Part shown: piece after piece, positions 9,584-19,617 of the stretch
Layout of the letters: every line of letters starts with the position of its first letter
Position numbering within the stretch: position 1 is the stretch's first letter
Assembly (NCBI GenBank): GCA_040225955.1
Contig: JBECUL010000007.1
Coordinates: 1-64,000 of the forward strand
Source of the DNA: Candidatus Asgardarchaeum abyssi
GTDB taxonomy: Archaea > Asgardarchaeota > Asgardarchaeia > Asgardarchaeales > Asgardarchaeaceae
Length of the DNA: 64,000 nt
Reading direction: 5' to 3'
Notes under the pieces: model-generated
Database searches by the model: none
The model's input: only the letters and a program-made list of their open reading frames with translations
What the model was told of the DNA's origin: nothing
Program-made: the position numbers and the translations under genes

Positions 9584-11251
9584 CTACCCTTTTTTCTCTA
9601 AAATTTTTTCTAACCTTGATATAAACCATTCTTGCCCTAGTGCTTCTATTAACGGCCCAACTCTAGGTCCAAATTTTTTATTTAAAATCACAAGATATAT
9701 GGCCTCAAAAATCTGTTTTACAGTTAGTCCTTCAGTATTTCTCCCAATTTCAAATATCAATGCTTGAATCTCTTCTCCTGATAGTCTTTTTTCTTTAAAG
9801 ATTTGAAGAAGTTTCTCTAAACCTGCTTTTTGGGCTTCCGATAGTTTTTTCTTTATGTCCTCTACATCTTCAGTGATTACTATTTTATATTGTTCTGGTC
9901 CAAATTGCTCGACCCAATTTTTTGCAAGGTGTAAAGTCTTCTTAATAGAACTTAATACATATTCACTATGTGCATCTATTTCAATATCTTTGTATATCTT
10001 CTTAATAACTTGAACGCACTTTTCAAGGACCTTTTCTTCACCTAGTAATGACTCAAGTTGAGCCATTATTATAGCAAACCTAAAAGGAAGTCTTATCGGT
10101 CTTTGTGAGATATTTTCATTTGGCATAACTAGTGGATATAAAAATTTAACTAACCGTTTTGTCTCGTCATCGGCATCAATTTCATCATAAAATATCTTCT
10201 CAAATCTTTCAAAATCATCTATTAATTGAGGCAAGTTTTCAGGTCTCACTGAGATTGACTTCATTGGGTGCGTTCTAAGAATTACATATCTTAGTATTTC
10301 GGGCCAAGCTATTTCAAGAAACTCTTTAGGGGTGAATACTATACCTTTATGCGTCTTCATATCCCTTTCTCCAAGTCGAATCCACTCATAGGGCACTTTT
10401 ACAGGTCCTCTATATCCGAAAACTTCTTTTGCGATTTCTAATCCGGTATCATAAGCCCCTCCTTTAACACAATGATCTTTTCCAGCTGGCTCGCAAGATA
10501 CCTTCATAACAGACCATTTAGCTGGCCAGTCCACTCTCCATGTTAGTTTTACTCTTAAATTATCAAGTTTATCTGTTTTTTCATAGCCGCAGGCATTGCA
10601 CTTGTAGGTTACAGTATCTGCCTCAGGATCGTACTTTTGTACCCTATTTGGCATAATTTTTCTCTCTTTTACTAGTTGTAGCTTACCACATTTTTCGCAG
10701 ACAACACTAGCTGGCATCCATGTCTTTAATTGCTCAATATATTTTTCTTTTTGCTCTGGACCAAGTGTTGGCGCAACGTATTTTTCATAAATTTTTCTTA
10801 TCTTGTCAACATTTCTAAGAGCTACTCTAACAGCATTTTTCATCTCCCTCGATTCATAAAATTTGCTAGTCCAAACGATTTTAGGGTTTAATCCAAAATC
10901 AGGAAATGTTTCAATCAGTTCCATAGCAAAGTGTTCTCCATAACTTCTATGGCAACCATATGGATCTGGAATATCTGAAAAAGGCATGCCTAGATATTTT
11001 TCAAACTCCTTTGGAACATATGAAGGAAAATGTTTTGCAGGATCAAAATCGTCGATAAAAAACGTAAAAATTACATTTTTACCCATATTTTTCAGAATCC
11101 TATAAAGAGCGTCGGAAATAATAAGCTCTCTCATAATACCAATATGAATCCTACCACTAGTCGTTTTTCCAGTATTAATTACAATGTGTTCATCGTTACG
11201 TTTTAATATTTCATCTACTATATCAAGTAACCAGTGCGAAATGTTCTCCAT
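9584..11251 (-). CDS. lysS: Lysyl-tRNA synthetase, class I
   Basis: SGRIHIG, KLTWRVDWPAKW, EPAGKDH, GPRVG. Start moved to ATG 11251, which has a GGTGA SD. Confidence 0.96.
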   Translation of the reverse strand: MENISHWLLDIVDEILKRNDEHIVINTGKTTSGRIHIGIMRELIISDALYRILKNMGKNVIFTFFIDDFDPAKHFPSYVPKEFEKYLGMPFSDIPDPYGCHRSYGEHFAMELIETFPDFGLNPKIVWTSKFYESREMKNAVRVALRNVDKIRKIYEKYVAPTLGPEQKEKYIEQLKTWMPASVVCEKCGKLQLVKERKIMPNRVQKYDPEADTVTYKCNACGYEKTDKLDNLRVKLTWRVDWPAKWSVMKVSCEPAGKDHCVKGGAYDTGLEIAKEVFGYRGPVKVPYEWIRLGERDMKTHKGIVFTPKEFLEIAWPEILRYVILRTHPMKSISVRPENLPQLIDDFERFEKIFYDEIDADDETKRLVKFLYPLVMPNENISQRPIRLPFRFAIIMAQLESLLGEEKVLEKCVQVIKKIYKDIEIDAHSEYVLSSIKKTLHLAKNWVEQFGPEQYKIVITEDVEDIKKKLSEAQKAGLEKLLQIFKEKRLSGEEIQALIFEIGRNTEGLTVKQIFEAIYLVILNKKFGPRVGPLIEALGQEWFISRLEKILEKKG

Positions 11252-11300
11252 ATAGTTCACCTTACTCTTAGGAGAATAAAAATATAAAATAAATATTTTT

Positions 11301-11849
11301 GTGATCCACATGAATAAAAATATAAAAATTCTTATCACTGGACCGCCAGGTAGTGGAAAAAGCACATTTGTCTCAAGGTTAATCGATGATCTAATTTCGA
11401 GAGGGTATACTGTTGGTGGAATATTAACGCCTGAAATTCGAGAGCGCAGGAGAAGAATAGGATTTAAAATAATTGATCTACTTAAAAAAAGGGAGGGTGT
11501 AATGGCTAGTGTTTTTATATCTTCCCCCTATAAAGTAGGTCGATACTCCGTAGATATCTCAGCCATAGAAGAGGTAGGTGTACCTGCATTGCAGGATGCT
11601 ATCTTACAAGCTGATTTTGTTGTTATTGACGAGATTGGGAAAATGGAGTTATTTTCAAGAAGGTTCGTAAAATCTCTTTCTGACTGTTTTTCGTCAAGTA
11701 AACCCGTTATCGCTACTATAGGTGAAAAAGTTATCTCTTTCTTTTTCTCAAAGATTGTAAAAGATAGACACAATGTAAAACTTGTTCGAATAAAACCCAA
11801 AAATTGGGAAAATGAATATAACTTTGTAAAAAAACTCTTAGAACTTTAG
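11301..11849 (+). CDS. THEP1/COG1618-type nucleoside triphosphatase
   Basis: ITGPPGSGKST, VGRYSV, VIDEIGKME. Likely start ATG 11310. Confidence 0.92.
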   Translation: MIHMNKNIKILITGPPGSGKSTFVSRLIDDLISRGYTVGGILTPEIRERRRRIGFKIIDLLKKREGVMASVFISSPYKVGRYSVDISAIEEVGVPALQDAILQADFVVIDEIGKMELFSRRFVKSLSDCFSSSKPVIATIGEKVISFFFSKIVKDRHNVKLVRIKPKNWENEYNFVKKLLEL

Positions 11850-11863
11850 ATTTAGAGACTTTC

Positions 11864-12529
11864 CTAAGGATCCACCACTTGAAGAATATCTTTTAAATCA
11901 TTTAAAACTACCTCAGCGCCCTCTTTTATTAGTAAATCTTTGGTTGAATATCCTCCAGAAATTCCCCATCCTCTTATTCTTGCGTTTTTTGCTGCCTGAA
12001 TATCAATTATACTATCTCCTATAAAGATCACATTTTGCTTGTCCACTTTAATTCTCTCTAAGATTCTTTCAATACCAAGCGGATCTGGCTTTAAGGTGTT
12101 AATATCATCCCTTGTTACTATACAATCAAAAAACTCTTTTAAACCAAAACGATTAAGGATTATCTCGGTAGATTTTCTTCCATCATTTGTTAAAATGGCA
12201 ATCTTATAATTCTTTCTTCTTAATGCTTTTAAAACATCTTTTACATCAGCTTTAAGTTTCGAGTTGATTGCAGCATCTATTTCATATTTATCTGCGATTT
12301 GTGAGATTTCTTGAAATATTGTATTATATGTCTTATCATCTACATTATCCTTTGCATATTCTAATATCTCTACAACTCTTCTTCTTAAAAAAAGCTCTTC
12401 ATCTATGTTTAAACCGTACTTTTTTATCAATAACTTTATTATTTCTCTTTTCATGGAAACAAAATCTATTTTATTATCAACCAAAGTTCCTTGGAGATCA
12501 AATATTATTAGTTCTATTCTCCCTTGCAC
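11864..12529 (-). CDS. HAD-superfamily phosphatase
   Basis: FDLQGTL, ILTN, KPDP, IGDSIID. Confidence 0.88.
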   Translation of the reverse strand: MQGRIELIIFDLQGTLVDNKIDFVSMKREIIKLLIKKYGLNIDEELFLRRRVVEILEYAKDNVDDKTYNTIFQEISQIADKYEIDAAINSKLKADVKDVLKALRRKNYKIAILTNDGRKSTEIILNRFGLKEFFDCIVTRDDINTLKPDPLGIERILERIKVDKQNVIFIGDSIIDIQAAKNARIRGWGISGGYSTKDLLIKEGAEVVLNDLKDILQVVDP

Positions 12530-13536
12530 TTTTCAAGAGCCTCCCATAATTCATCTTGGCGAGGCCATTCAATACTTTCTTCTGAGCCGTCCCCCCTAAC
12601 GAGAATAAGATCGGGAGAGTCTATAAATTCTCCTATAACTGATGCATCAATACTGTTTTGTTTTAATCTTTCGACGACTAATGATTCCTTTCCTTTCTCG
12701 ACAGCAATGAGCATCGTGCCAGAGCTAATTAAATAATAAGGATTTATTTCAAATATATTTGCTATCTTTCTCGTAATTTCACTAATTTTAATGTTTTTCT
12801 CATAAACTCTTATTCCTAATTTAGAGGCCTCTGCAATTTCGCAAATTCCTCCTAAGATTCCTCCCTCTGTAGGGTCGTGCATTGCATGAACTACCCCAGT
12901 CTCCATAGCGGTTAAGCCATCTTTTACGACAGATATCCAATTCTTAAATTCTTTAGCCTTTTGAATTTCAATTTCACTCAGTCCTCTATTTCTTAAAAAC
13001 TCTTCACCGTCCTCAGCTAATATCGCAGTACCTTCTATTGCCGCCATTTTCGTCATTATCAATTTATCTCCTACCTTTGCTCCACCCGAAGTAACATATC
13101 CGTTATAAACAATTTCACCTACCATAAATCCAACTGCTATTGGATTCTTAATATCTGGAGTGAATTCTGTATGGCCCCCCACTATAGCTACGCCTATCTT
13201 TTTTGCTTCAGTATCCATCTGCTCTGCAATATATTTCAGTTTTTCTAAATCGAAATTTTGAGGAAGTAGCAACGTAACCAGAAGAAAAACAGGTTTCATG
13301 CCTCTAGTAGCAATGTCATTAGCGTTTATATGAACCACTAGTCTTCCTAAGTCCTTATAGGCACCTGTAATAGGATCTGTTGTGAGCCCTATTATATTAT
13401 CCTTAATTTTTACTACAGCAGCATCCTCTCCTATTGCTGGTCCAAGTAGTATATTATCATTAGGCGAGCCCAATCTCTTAAAAATAATATTTCTCAATGA
13501 TTCTGGTGGCAGTTTACCATATTTTATTTTATTCAT
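12514..13536 (-). CDS. AIR synthase-related (PurM/HypE-like) protein
   Basis: GEDAAV, TTDPITG, NANDIA, GGHTE, MHDPTEGG. Confidence 0.85.
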   Translation of the reverse strand: MNKIKYGKLPPESLRNIIFKRLGSPNDNILLGPAIGEDAAVVKIKDNIIGLTTDPITGAYKDLGRLVVHINANDIATRGMKPVFLLVTLLLPQNFDLEKLKYIAEQMDTEAKKIGVAIVGGHTEFTPDIKNPIAVGFMVGEIVYNGYVTSGGAKVGDKLIMTKMAAIEGTAILAEDGEEFLRNRGLSEIEIQKAKEFKNWISVVKDGLTAMETGVVHAMHDPTEGGILGGICEIAEASKLGIRVYEKNIKISEITRKIANIFEINPYYLISSGTMLIAVEKGKESLVVERLKQNSIDASVIGEFIDSPDLILVRGDGSEESIEWPRQDELWEALEKCKGE

Positions 13537-14680
13537 TTGCGTTCACCACAATCTTTTCCAAATGTTCTGCAATCTTATTAATAATATCCATATCAACATC
13601 GTGTAAAAAGAACCGATCAATTTTATTTATTAGCTCCATCTTCTTTTTTCTATGCTCCTTTAATATAGTAATTATATCTTTTGTAAGCTCTTTTTTACAC
13701 TGCCCACAGAATCTATCTCCACTCTTACACTCATTATAAATGATTTTCAAATCATCATCGCTTCTAAGTGAGTAAGCTCTAAACCACTCATAGACTACAC
13801 ATTTATCAGGATTTCCTCCAAATTTTCTTTGCTTCGCTAATGTCCCTTGCCCTCCAGTAAGCGCTTTCCAAATTTTGCGTTTAATGGTCTTATTATCATC
13901 ATCTGTGAAAATGGCTGTCTCGGGCTTTGATGCAGACATAGGTTTTCCATCCAATCCACTTAAGAATTTACTATGCAATGCTGCTGGTTTGAAGTAGTCC
14001 AATCTTTCAGCAATATCTCTTGTAAGACGAATATATGGGTCTTGATCTATTGCTATTGGAACAACAACTGGCAGCCCTTTTTCTATTGTAGGCAGCAATA
14101 TATGTGCTGATTGAACTATTGGATAGAAAATTGCACCTGGATTCGTATCATGTGTGAAGCCAAAAATAGCTTTTATTGTGCTAAAAGTTGTATATCTGGA
14201 TAGCCTCACAGAATATTCATATAGTGGGGGATATTTCGTAGAGACAAAAAAATGTGTAATTTTTGTTTTATATCCCAATGCAGCAATATCAAGTGCATTA
14301 TCATATGCATAATATAGCGCATCCCTTAATCCATTTATCTTCCTAAATACATATTTTTCATCATCACTTAATGGAATATACACTTCCGCATCATATTCAT
14401 CTTGGATCCATTTCACTACACTAAAAACTCCTAAATGACCTAAATGAATTTTATTCGAGGGTCCTCGTCCGCTTACAACAGAAAATCTTTTTCCTTTCTC
14501 TCTCAAATCTAAAATCTTGTCAAAATCTCTATGCGCAAATATAATCTCACGTCTTATCCAAGTATGAGGATTCTTTATTCTTTTCATGATATTCCTTAGG
14601 TATGATAACCCAAACTTCGTAACAAGGCGGTCATAATCTGTAGATTTCTCAAGGTCTGTAGTGTTCATGCTTTCACCCAT
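13529..14680 (-). CDS. trpS: Tryptophanyl-tRNA synthetase
   Basis: GRGPS, HLGH, IDQDPY, PMSAS, ALTGG. Confidence 0.95.
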   Translation of the reverse strand: MGESMNTTDLEKSTDYDRLVTKFGLSYLRNIMKRIKNPHTWIRREIIFAHRDFDKILDLREKGKRFSVVSGRGPSNKIHLGHLGVFSVVKWIQDEYDAEVYIPLSDDEKYVFRKINGLRDALYYAYDNALDIAALGYKTKITHFFVSTKYPPLYEYSVRLSRYTTFSTIKAIFGFTHDTNPGAIFYPIVQSAHILLPTIEKGLPVVVPIAIDQDPYIRLTRDIAERLDYFKPAALHSKFLSGLDGKPMSASKPETAIFTDDDNKTIKRKIWKALTGGQGTLAKQRKFGGNPDKCVVYEWFRAYSLRSDDDLKIIYNECKSGDRFCGQCKKELTKDIITILKEHRKKKMELINKIDRFFLHDVDMDIINKIAEHLEKIVVNANE

Positions 14681-14809
14681 TCATAGTGTTTAGCATACAA
14701 ATTTAGTAATTACCTCTAATTTTATACATCGATTAAAGAGAGAAAATATTATTATATATCTCTTTCTTGATATAGAAAATAAATATAAACATTAAATTAT
14801 TGATATAAG

Positions 14810-15511
14810 GTGTTTAAATTGGCAGAGAAAGAAAAACCCAAGGATGTTAAAGAATTAATAAAAGAACTAAGTTCTCAGTCAACACAAATACTTTCAAACC
14901 TAAATAGTATAATTATAAGTATGGGAGAACTCCGCGATAATCTCAAATCATTTTCCAACACCATTTCTAAGATTCTAGAAATTATAACCGTTGCGCCACC
15001 AGTGCAAGTTGTTACTGAAGTACCTACACCCCCTCCTTCAAAGGAAGAAATACTTCCAACACCCACCCCTACACCTCCCAAACCACCTCAACAGATAGCT
15101 CCAGAGGCTCCCACTCCCGAAAAAGTATCTGCTCCTCCAACTCCTTCAGTTCCTCCAGAAAAAAAGCCACCAACAGAAGCTAAAGTACCTGCATTACCTA
15201 CCGTTCCCCCAACTGAAGTTGCCGTAACTGAAGCAGAAAAAATTAGGCAAAGAAATATTTTGATAACTCATGAACTAGGTAACCTAGTTAAGCTGGCACA
15301 GAGCGGGACATTAAGTGGAAAAACTCTTGCTGAAAAAATTCTTGAGACGAGAGATAAAATACAACAAGTACTTCCTTATAGCCCAGTCTACCATGAGATG
15401 TTAATGTTATCTCAGAGAATGAAAAGCTTTGGTGATGGGACTCCAGATAGTAGTACTATAATGGAGCTTTTAACAAGAGTTGAAGAATGGAAGAAAAGAT
15501 TAATAAAGTAA
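14810..15511 (+). CDS. Hypothetical: coiled coil, Pro-rich linker, helical C-domain
   Basis: 233-aa ORF with PTPTPTPPKPP-type linker and amphipathic helices at both ends. Confidence 0.75.
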   Translation: MFKLAEKEKPKDVKELIKELSSQSTQILSNLNSIIISMGELRDNLKSFSNTISKILEIITVAPPVQVVTEVPTPPPSKEEILPTPTPTPPKPPQQIAPEAPTPEKVSAPPTPSVPPEKKPPTEAKVPALPTVPPTEVAVTEAEKIRQRNILITHELGNLVKLAQSGTLSGKTLAEKILETRDKIQQVLPYSPVYHEMLMLSQRMKSFGDGTPDSSTIMELLTRVEEWKKRLIK

Positions 15512-15554
15512 TTTCAAATCATTGTTAGAGATTACAGTAAAGGAGTGAAGTGAA

Positions 15555-15806
15555 ATGCCATACAAAAAGAGACGAGTAGAACGAGAAAAAGTTGTTAGGG
15601 GAATTCTAATTAATGATGAGGATATGGCAAGAATAGAATCTATAATTTCAAAAAGCAAATTTATTATACCTACCGCTCTAGCTAATCAACTGGGAATTAG
15701 AGTAAGCATAATTAAAGATATTCTAGAGGATTTAGAGAAAAGAGGCAAAATTAAAGTATATGATAAATCAAGAAGAATACAAATTTATGTCCCTGTGAAG
15801 CAATAG
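15555..15806 (+). CDS. rps25e: Ribosomal protein eS25
   Basis: Basic N-terminus and FIIPTALANQLGIRVSIIKDILEDLEKRGKIK winged-helix pattern; SD AGGAG/GTGA. Confidence 0.82.
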   Translation: MPYKKRRVEREKVVRGILINDEDMARIESIISKSKFIIPTALANQLGIRVSIIKDILEDLEKRGKIKVYDKSRRIQIYVPVKQ

Positions 15807-15874
15807 AAATTTCATCATTTACTTCTTATTTTCTTATTCATTTTATATTGAATCATTAAGCTGCAAATGTAAAA

Positions 15875-17371
15875 TCATATTGGAAACGATAGATGTTTTT
15901 CCAAATAGCTTATAATCTCATCCTCGCTTACTCTTATTTGTTTCATAGTATCCCTATCTCGAATTGTAACAGTTTCATCCTCAAGAGTTTGATAATCTAT
16001 TGTTATTTCAAATGGGGTTCCAACTTCATCCATTCTTCTATATCTTCTTCCTATGCTTCCATCCTCATCATAAATAGCAAAGAAACCTTTGTTCTTTATC
16101 TTATTGTATATCTCCTTTGCTATCTCTGGCAATTTATCTTTCTTCATCAATGGAAATACTCCTACTTGTATTGGGGCTAAAAATCTTGGTAATTGAAGCC
16201 AAATCCTTTTTTCGTCCTCTCTATATGCATATTCTAGAATCACATAGAGTGTTCTTTCTATGCCATATGCGATTTCCAATACATGTGGCACCACATAAGT
16301 TCCATCTTGCAGTCTCACGGAAAGCCTTTGCTTTGAGAACTCTTGATGTCTTGATAAATCGTAGTCTCCTCTATCATGGATTCCGCAAACTTCTACCCAA
16401 CCAAACCGTTGTGTCATAACTTCAATATCCCAAGCATCTCTTGCATAGTGGGCTCTCTCTTCTGGTACATGCTGTCTAATTCTGATGCTTCCTTTAGGAA
16501 TATTTAAAAACTCATAAAATTTAAAACCAACCCATAGATGCCATCCAAACGCAGGATTTTCTATATGCCCTTCCTCCAATAGTTCATAGATTTTCATGTA
16601 AACAAAATCTTCTTTATTACTTGATTGCTGTAGTTTATAGGGGAGCACAGGTAGCTCATAATCTTTTATTTCATCGAAATATGGAAAATTATTTTTCTGT
16701 TCTGGTAGTATAAAGGTTTGTGCTTCCGCTTGTGTGAATTCTCTCAATCGCAAAACTCCTTGTCTAGGTGATATCTCATTTCTGTAGGCCTTACCCATCT
16801 GAAAAACGTAGATAGGTAATTTTTCTCTAAAAAAAGTAAACAATCTATTAAAAAGAACATATGTAGTTGTAGCAGTTTCTGGTCTAAGAATGCAATCACT
16901 ATCAAGTCCGACTGTAGTTTTTAACATAAGATTGTATTCTTTTACTTCACTCAATTCGCCTTTGCATTTAGGACATCTAATATTTTCTTGTTTGATTATT
17001 TTATTTAATTCATCAAAATTAAGTCCAAATGTTTTAATATGAGGTCTAAATTCCTCAATTAGCTTATCCGCACGATATATACTGCCACATTTTTTACATT
17101 CCACAATTGGATCTACAAATCCTTCAACATGTCCAGAAGCTATCCAAACACTAATAGGTGAGATTGTATTTGATTCTATCTCCCAAAAATTATTTTTCAC
17201 TAACCACCTACGGAGTAGTTTTTCAATATTCGTCTTTAATCCCTTTCCAAGAGGACCAATATCATAGAATCCTGACAGCCCACCGTATATCTCTGGACTT
17301 GGACCCCATATGTACCCTCTTCTCTTAGCAAGTGTCATTACCTTCATGTATAAATCATTCTTGGTCGGCAT
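15875..17371 (-). CDS. glyS: Glycyl-tRNA synthetase (alpha2 type)
   Basis: EIYGG, LRPETA, RNEISPR, LRLREF, SIGRRYRRMDEVG. Start moved to ATG 17371. Confidence 0.96.
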   Translation of the reverse strand: MPTKNDLYMKVMTLAKRRGYIWGPSPEIYGGLSGFYDIGPLGKGLKTNIEKLLRRWLVKNNFWEIESNTISPISVWIASGHVEGFVDPIVECKKCGSIYRADKLIEEFRPHIKTFGLNFDELNKIIKQENIRCPKCKGELSEVKEYNLMLKTTVGLDSDCILRPETATTTYVLFNRLFTFFREKLPIYVFQMGKAYRNEISPRQGVLRLREFTQAEAQTFILPEQKNNFPYFDEIKDYELPVLPYKLQQSSNKEDFVYMKIYELLEEGHIENPAFGWHLWVGFKFYEFLNIPKGSIRIRQHVPEERAHYARDAWDIEVMTQRFGWVEVCGIHDRGDYDLSRHQEFSKQRLSVRLQDGTYVVPHVLEIAYGIERTLYVILEYAYREDEKRIWLQLPRFLAPIQVGVFPLMKKDKLPEIAKEIYNKIKNKGFFAIYDEDGSIGRRYRRMDEVGTPFEITIDYQTLEDETVTIRDRDTMKQIRVSEDEIISYLEKHLSFPI

Positions 17372-17485
17372 TAGAATTTTCACCACGTTAATGCTTTTTT
17401 GATAATTCAAATATTTTTCGTTAATGTTTTAGTAAAATTTATTATTTTCCTTTATGTTTTTTCTCTTAGTCATATATAGGTCAAC

Positions 17486-18157
17486 TTGTCTGGTAGATTC
17501 TTTATGATAAAACATAGGCGTTTTATACATTATAAGCATCCTTTTGATTTTAAATGGAATGTCAGCCATAATGAGCAATTGCTAGATTTTTCTGAAGGTA
17601 GAGCACTTTATTCATTTTTAAATGAAATATATCTGGGGCACGTTCCTGATTATAAATTTAATTCGGATAATGTTAAAAAAGCTTCTCAGTTTGTTTTGAA
17701 AAATATTAGGAAAGAGGAGATTCAAATATTAGCTAAGAAGCTTGAAATAAAAGGGTTGATCAAGAGTAAGAGAAATGAACTCCTTTCTAAATTAACTCAA
17801 GATGTTTTTAAACGTTTTGAAAAACCAAGTAAAGACATTATATTAAGATATTTACTAGTAAAGAACGAAAATGCACTAGCAATTCAAATACCTGTCTGGT
17901 CAGATAAAGAACCAGTTGTAGGTCATATAGATTTATTACTCTTTAATACTGATAACAAACAAACTATAATTGCTGAGCTCGTAAAAGGAGATTTACTTAT
18001 AAAATATCTTCCCGTATTAATAAAATATATGGAGCTTTTAATCGAACGCATACCAACAATAAAAAATCTTAGTGGGGTCTTGTTCAATAGATACACAGCT
18101 ATTTTCATTAATTATAGTTCGGTTGGTGATATAATTAACTTCCTTAATATTAAGTAG
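17486..18157 (+). CDS. PD-(D/E)XK-fold-like protein with a degenerate active site
   Basis: LAIQIPVW...GHIDLLL...IIAELV; the expected E and (D/E)xK residues are replaced. Confidence 0.55.
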   Translation: MSGRFFMIKHRRFIHYKHPFDFKWNVSHNEQLLDFSEGRALYSFLNEIYLGHVPDYKFNSDNVKKASQFVLKNIRKEEIQILAKKLEIKGLIKSKRNELLSKLTQDVFKRFEKPSKDIILRYLLVKNENALAIQIPVWSDKEPVVGHIDLLLFNTDNKQTIIAELVKGDLLIKYLPVLIKYMELLIERIPTIKNLSGVLFNRYTAIFINYSSVGDIINFLNIK

Positions 18158-18434
18158 TAGTTCCTTCTATAGCTGTATCGTCGCTTTTCATTTTCTCTAA
18201 GAAATCTGTTATTGAGTCCGCTTTAATTATCCTTTTAGTAACTACGAATTTTTCTCTTAACAATCTTAAAATGCGCCCTACCTCCGTATCACTTAACTTA
18301 GTAAGATCTATAAAGAACATAAATCCAAAATATTGAGCAAACATAAAAGGATCGACTCTAATAACAAAAGTTGCCTTTTCTGCTATCTTCAAAAAAACAT
18401 CTGGACTTGTTATCTCCAGAAATTCCTTTACCAT
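18150..18434 (-). CDS. Hypothetical protein (94 aa)
   Basis: AGGTGA SD before the ATG; normal codon usage. Confidence 0.7.
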   Translation of the reverse strand: MVKEFLEITSPDVFLKIAEKATFVIRVDPFMFAQYFGFMFFIDLTKLSDTEVGRILRLLREKFVVTKRIIKADSITDFLEKMKSDDTAIEGTTT

Positions 18435-18519
18435 TTTTCACACCTATTATGTGTAGTAATTGGTTATAGATTCACTACATTAATAATCAATAGTTAAAAA
18501 TTAATATACCTTCTATTTA

Positions 18520-19617
18520 ATGAAATTTGGGTGTTTGTTTATGTCTTTACTTTCAGAAATTCTTACTAAACTGAATCAAGCTCCCAAGAGTGATGAGGAT
18601 CACTACACTCTCCTTTTCAGAATCTTAGTTATATATATACTTGGTTTTTCTGTATTCTATTTTCTCTTACCAGAATATTCTCTTGGTTTATTTCTTTATC
18701 CAATTAATATTATAGAACGATTAATAATTATATTTGTCATAGGGCCGCTTATCGCTGTTGTTTATACAATTCTATCGTCTCCAATTATTTATTTCATATG
18801 GCATTATTACTGTAAAAGTAAATACAGAATTCTTGCTGATTTTGTAACATTAGTTCTTTCATATGTTTTTTCAGTTTTACTTATGAGTGTTTTAGGAATA
18901 GTTTATTTATCATTTAGCAATCAGAACGTATCACTTTTCACTAGGTCACTTTATGTGGATTTTATTAGATTGATTCCAGCTCCCTTCATTGGTTTAACTC
19001 TTTTTTATCTTATTTCTATTGGATATAATGCTATTCTTTATAAGTATAATCTAATAGATGTGAGTGGAAATGATGGTGGGCTCCTAAAGAAAATAAAAAA
19101 GCATGAACATGATATAAAAATCGTAATTATAATATTACTAATTTCTGGAGCCATTATAGGTGTAAATTTCGGACTTTCGAGACTTCTTAATACATCTTAC
19201 CCGATAGTAGTTGTTAGCTCCCAAAGTATGGTTCCAAATCTGAATGTCGGAGATATACTAATTCTAAAAGGGGTAGACCCTTCAGAAATTCACGTAGGTG
19301 ACATAATAGTCTTTAGGGCAACATGGCTGCCTGCTAGAAGCCCGCTTGTTGTCCATCGCGTTGTTGAAATTGAAATCATAAATAATCATTATTATTTCTA
19401 TACGAAGGGAGATAATAATTTACTTCCAGATCCAGAACCAACTCCTGATATGAATGTTGTTGGTGTTGTTGTATTTGTTATTCCAAAAATAGGAACAATA
19501 ACTTTATTTCTTCAGTCTAGTGGTCTTACAGTTCCTATAATCATAATTTTATTGATTCTTCTGATCTACAGTTTTTTAAGTGAGAAAAAGGAGGAGAAAC
19601 CAAAAAATAAAAATTAG
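18520..19617 (+). CDS. Signal peptidase I (Sec11/S26B type) with a multi-TM N-terminal extension
   Basis: VVVSSQSMVP (Ser), VVHRV (His), TKGDNN. Confidence 0.88.
   Translation: MKFGCLFMSLLSEILTKLNQAPKSDEDHYTLLFRILVIYILGFSVFYFLLPEYSLGLFLYPINIIERLIIIFVIGPLIAVVYTILSSPIIYFIWHYYCKSKYRILADFVTLVLSYVFSVLLMSVLGIVYLSFSNQNVSLFTRSLYVDFIRLIPAPFIGLTLFYLISIGYNAILYKYNLIDVSGNDGGLLKKIKKHEHDIKIVIIILLISGAIIGVNFGLSRLLNTSYPIVVVSSQSMVPNLNVGDILILKGVDPSEIHVGDIIVFRATWLPARSPLVVHRVVEIEIINNHYYFYTKGDNNLLPDPEPTPDMNVVGVVVFVIPKIGTITLFLQSSGLTVPIIIILLILLIYSFLSEKKEEKPKNKN

Noticed and set aside
11252-11365. N-terminal extension of LysRS in the ORF track, and similar extensions on glyS, the LipS2-like gene, the ASCH gene and psmB
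   Set aside because: They overlap neighbouring genes or promoters, and better starts with SD motifs or coupling lie downstream.
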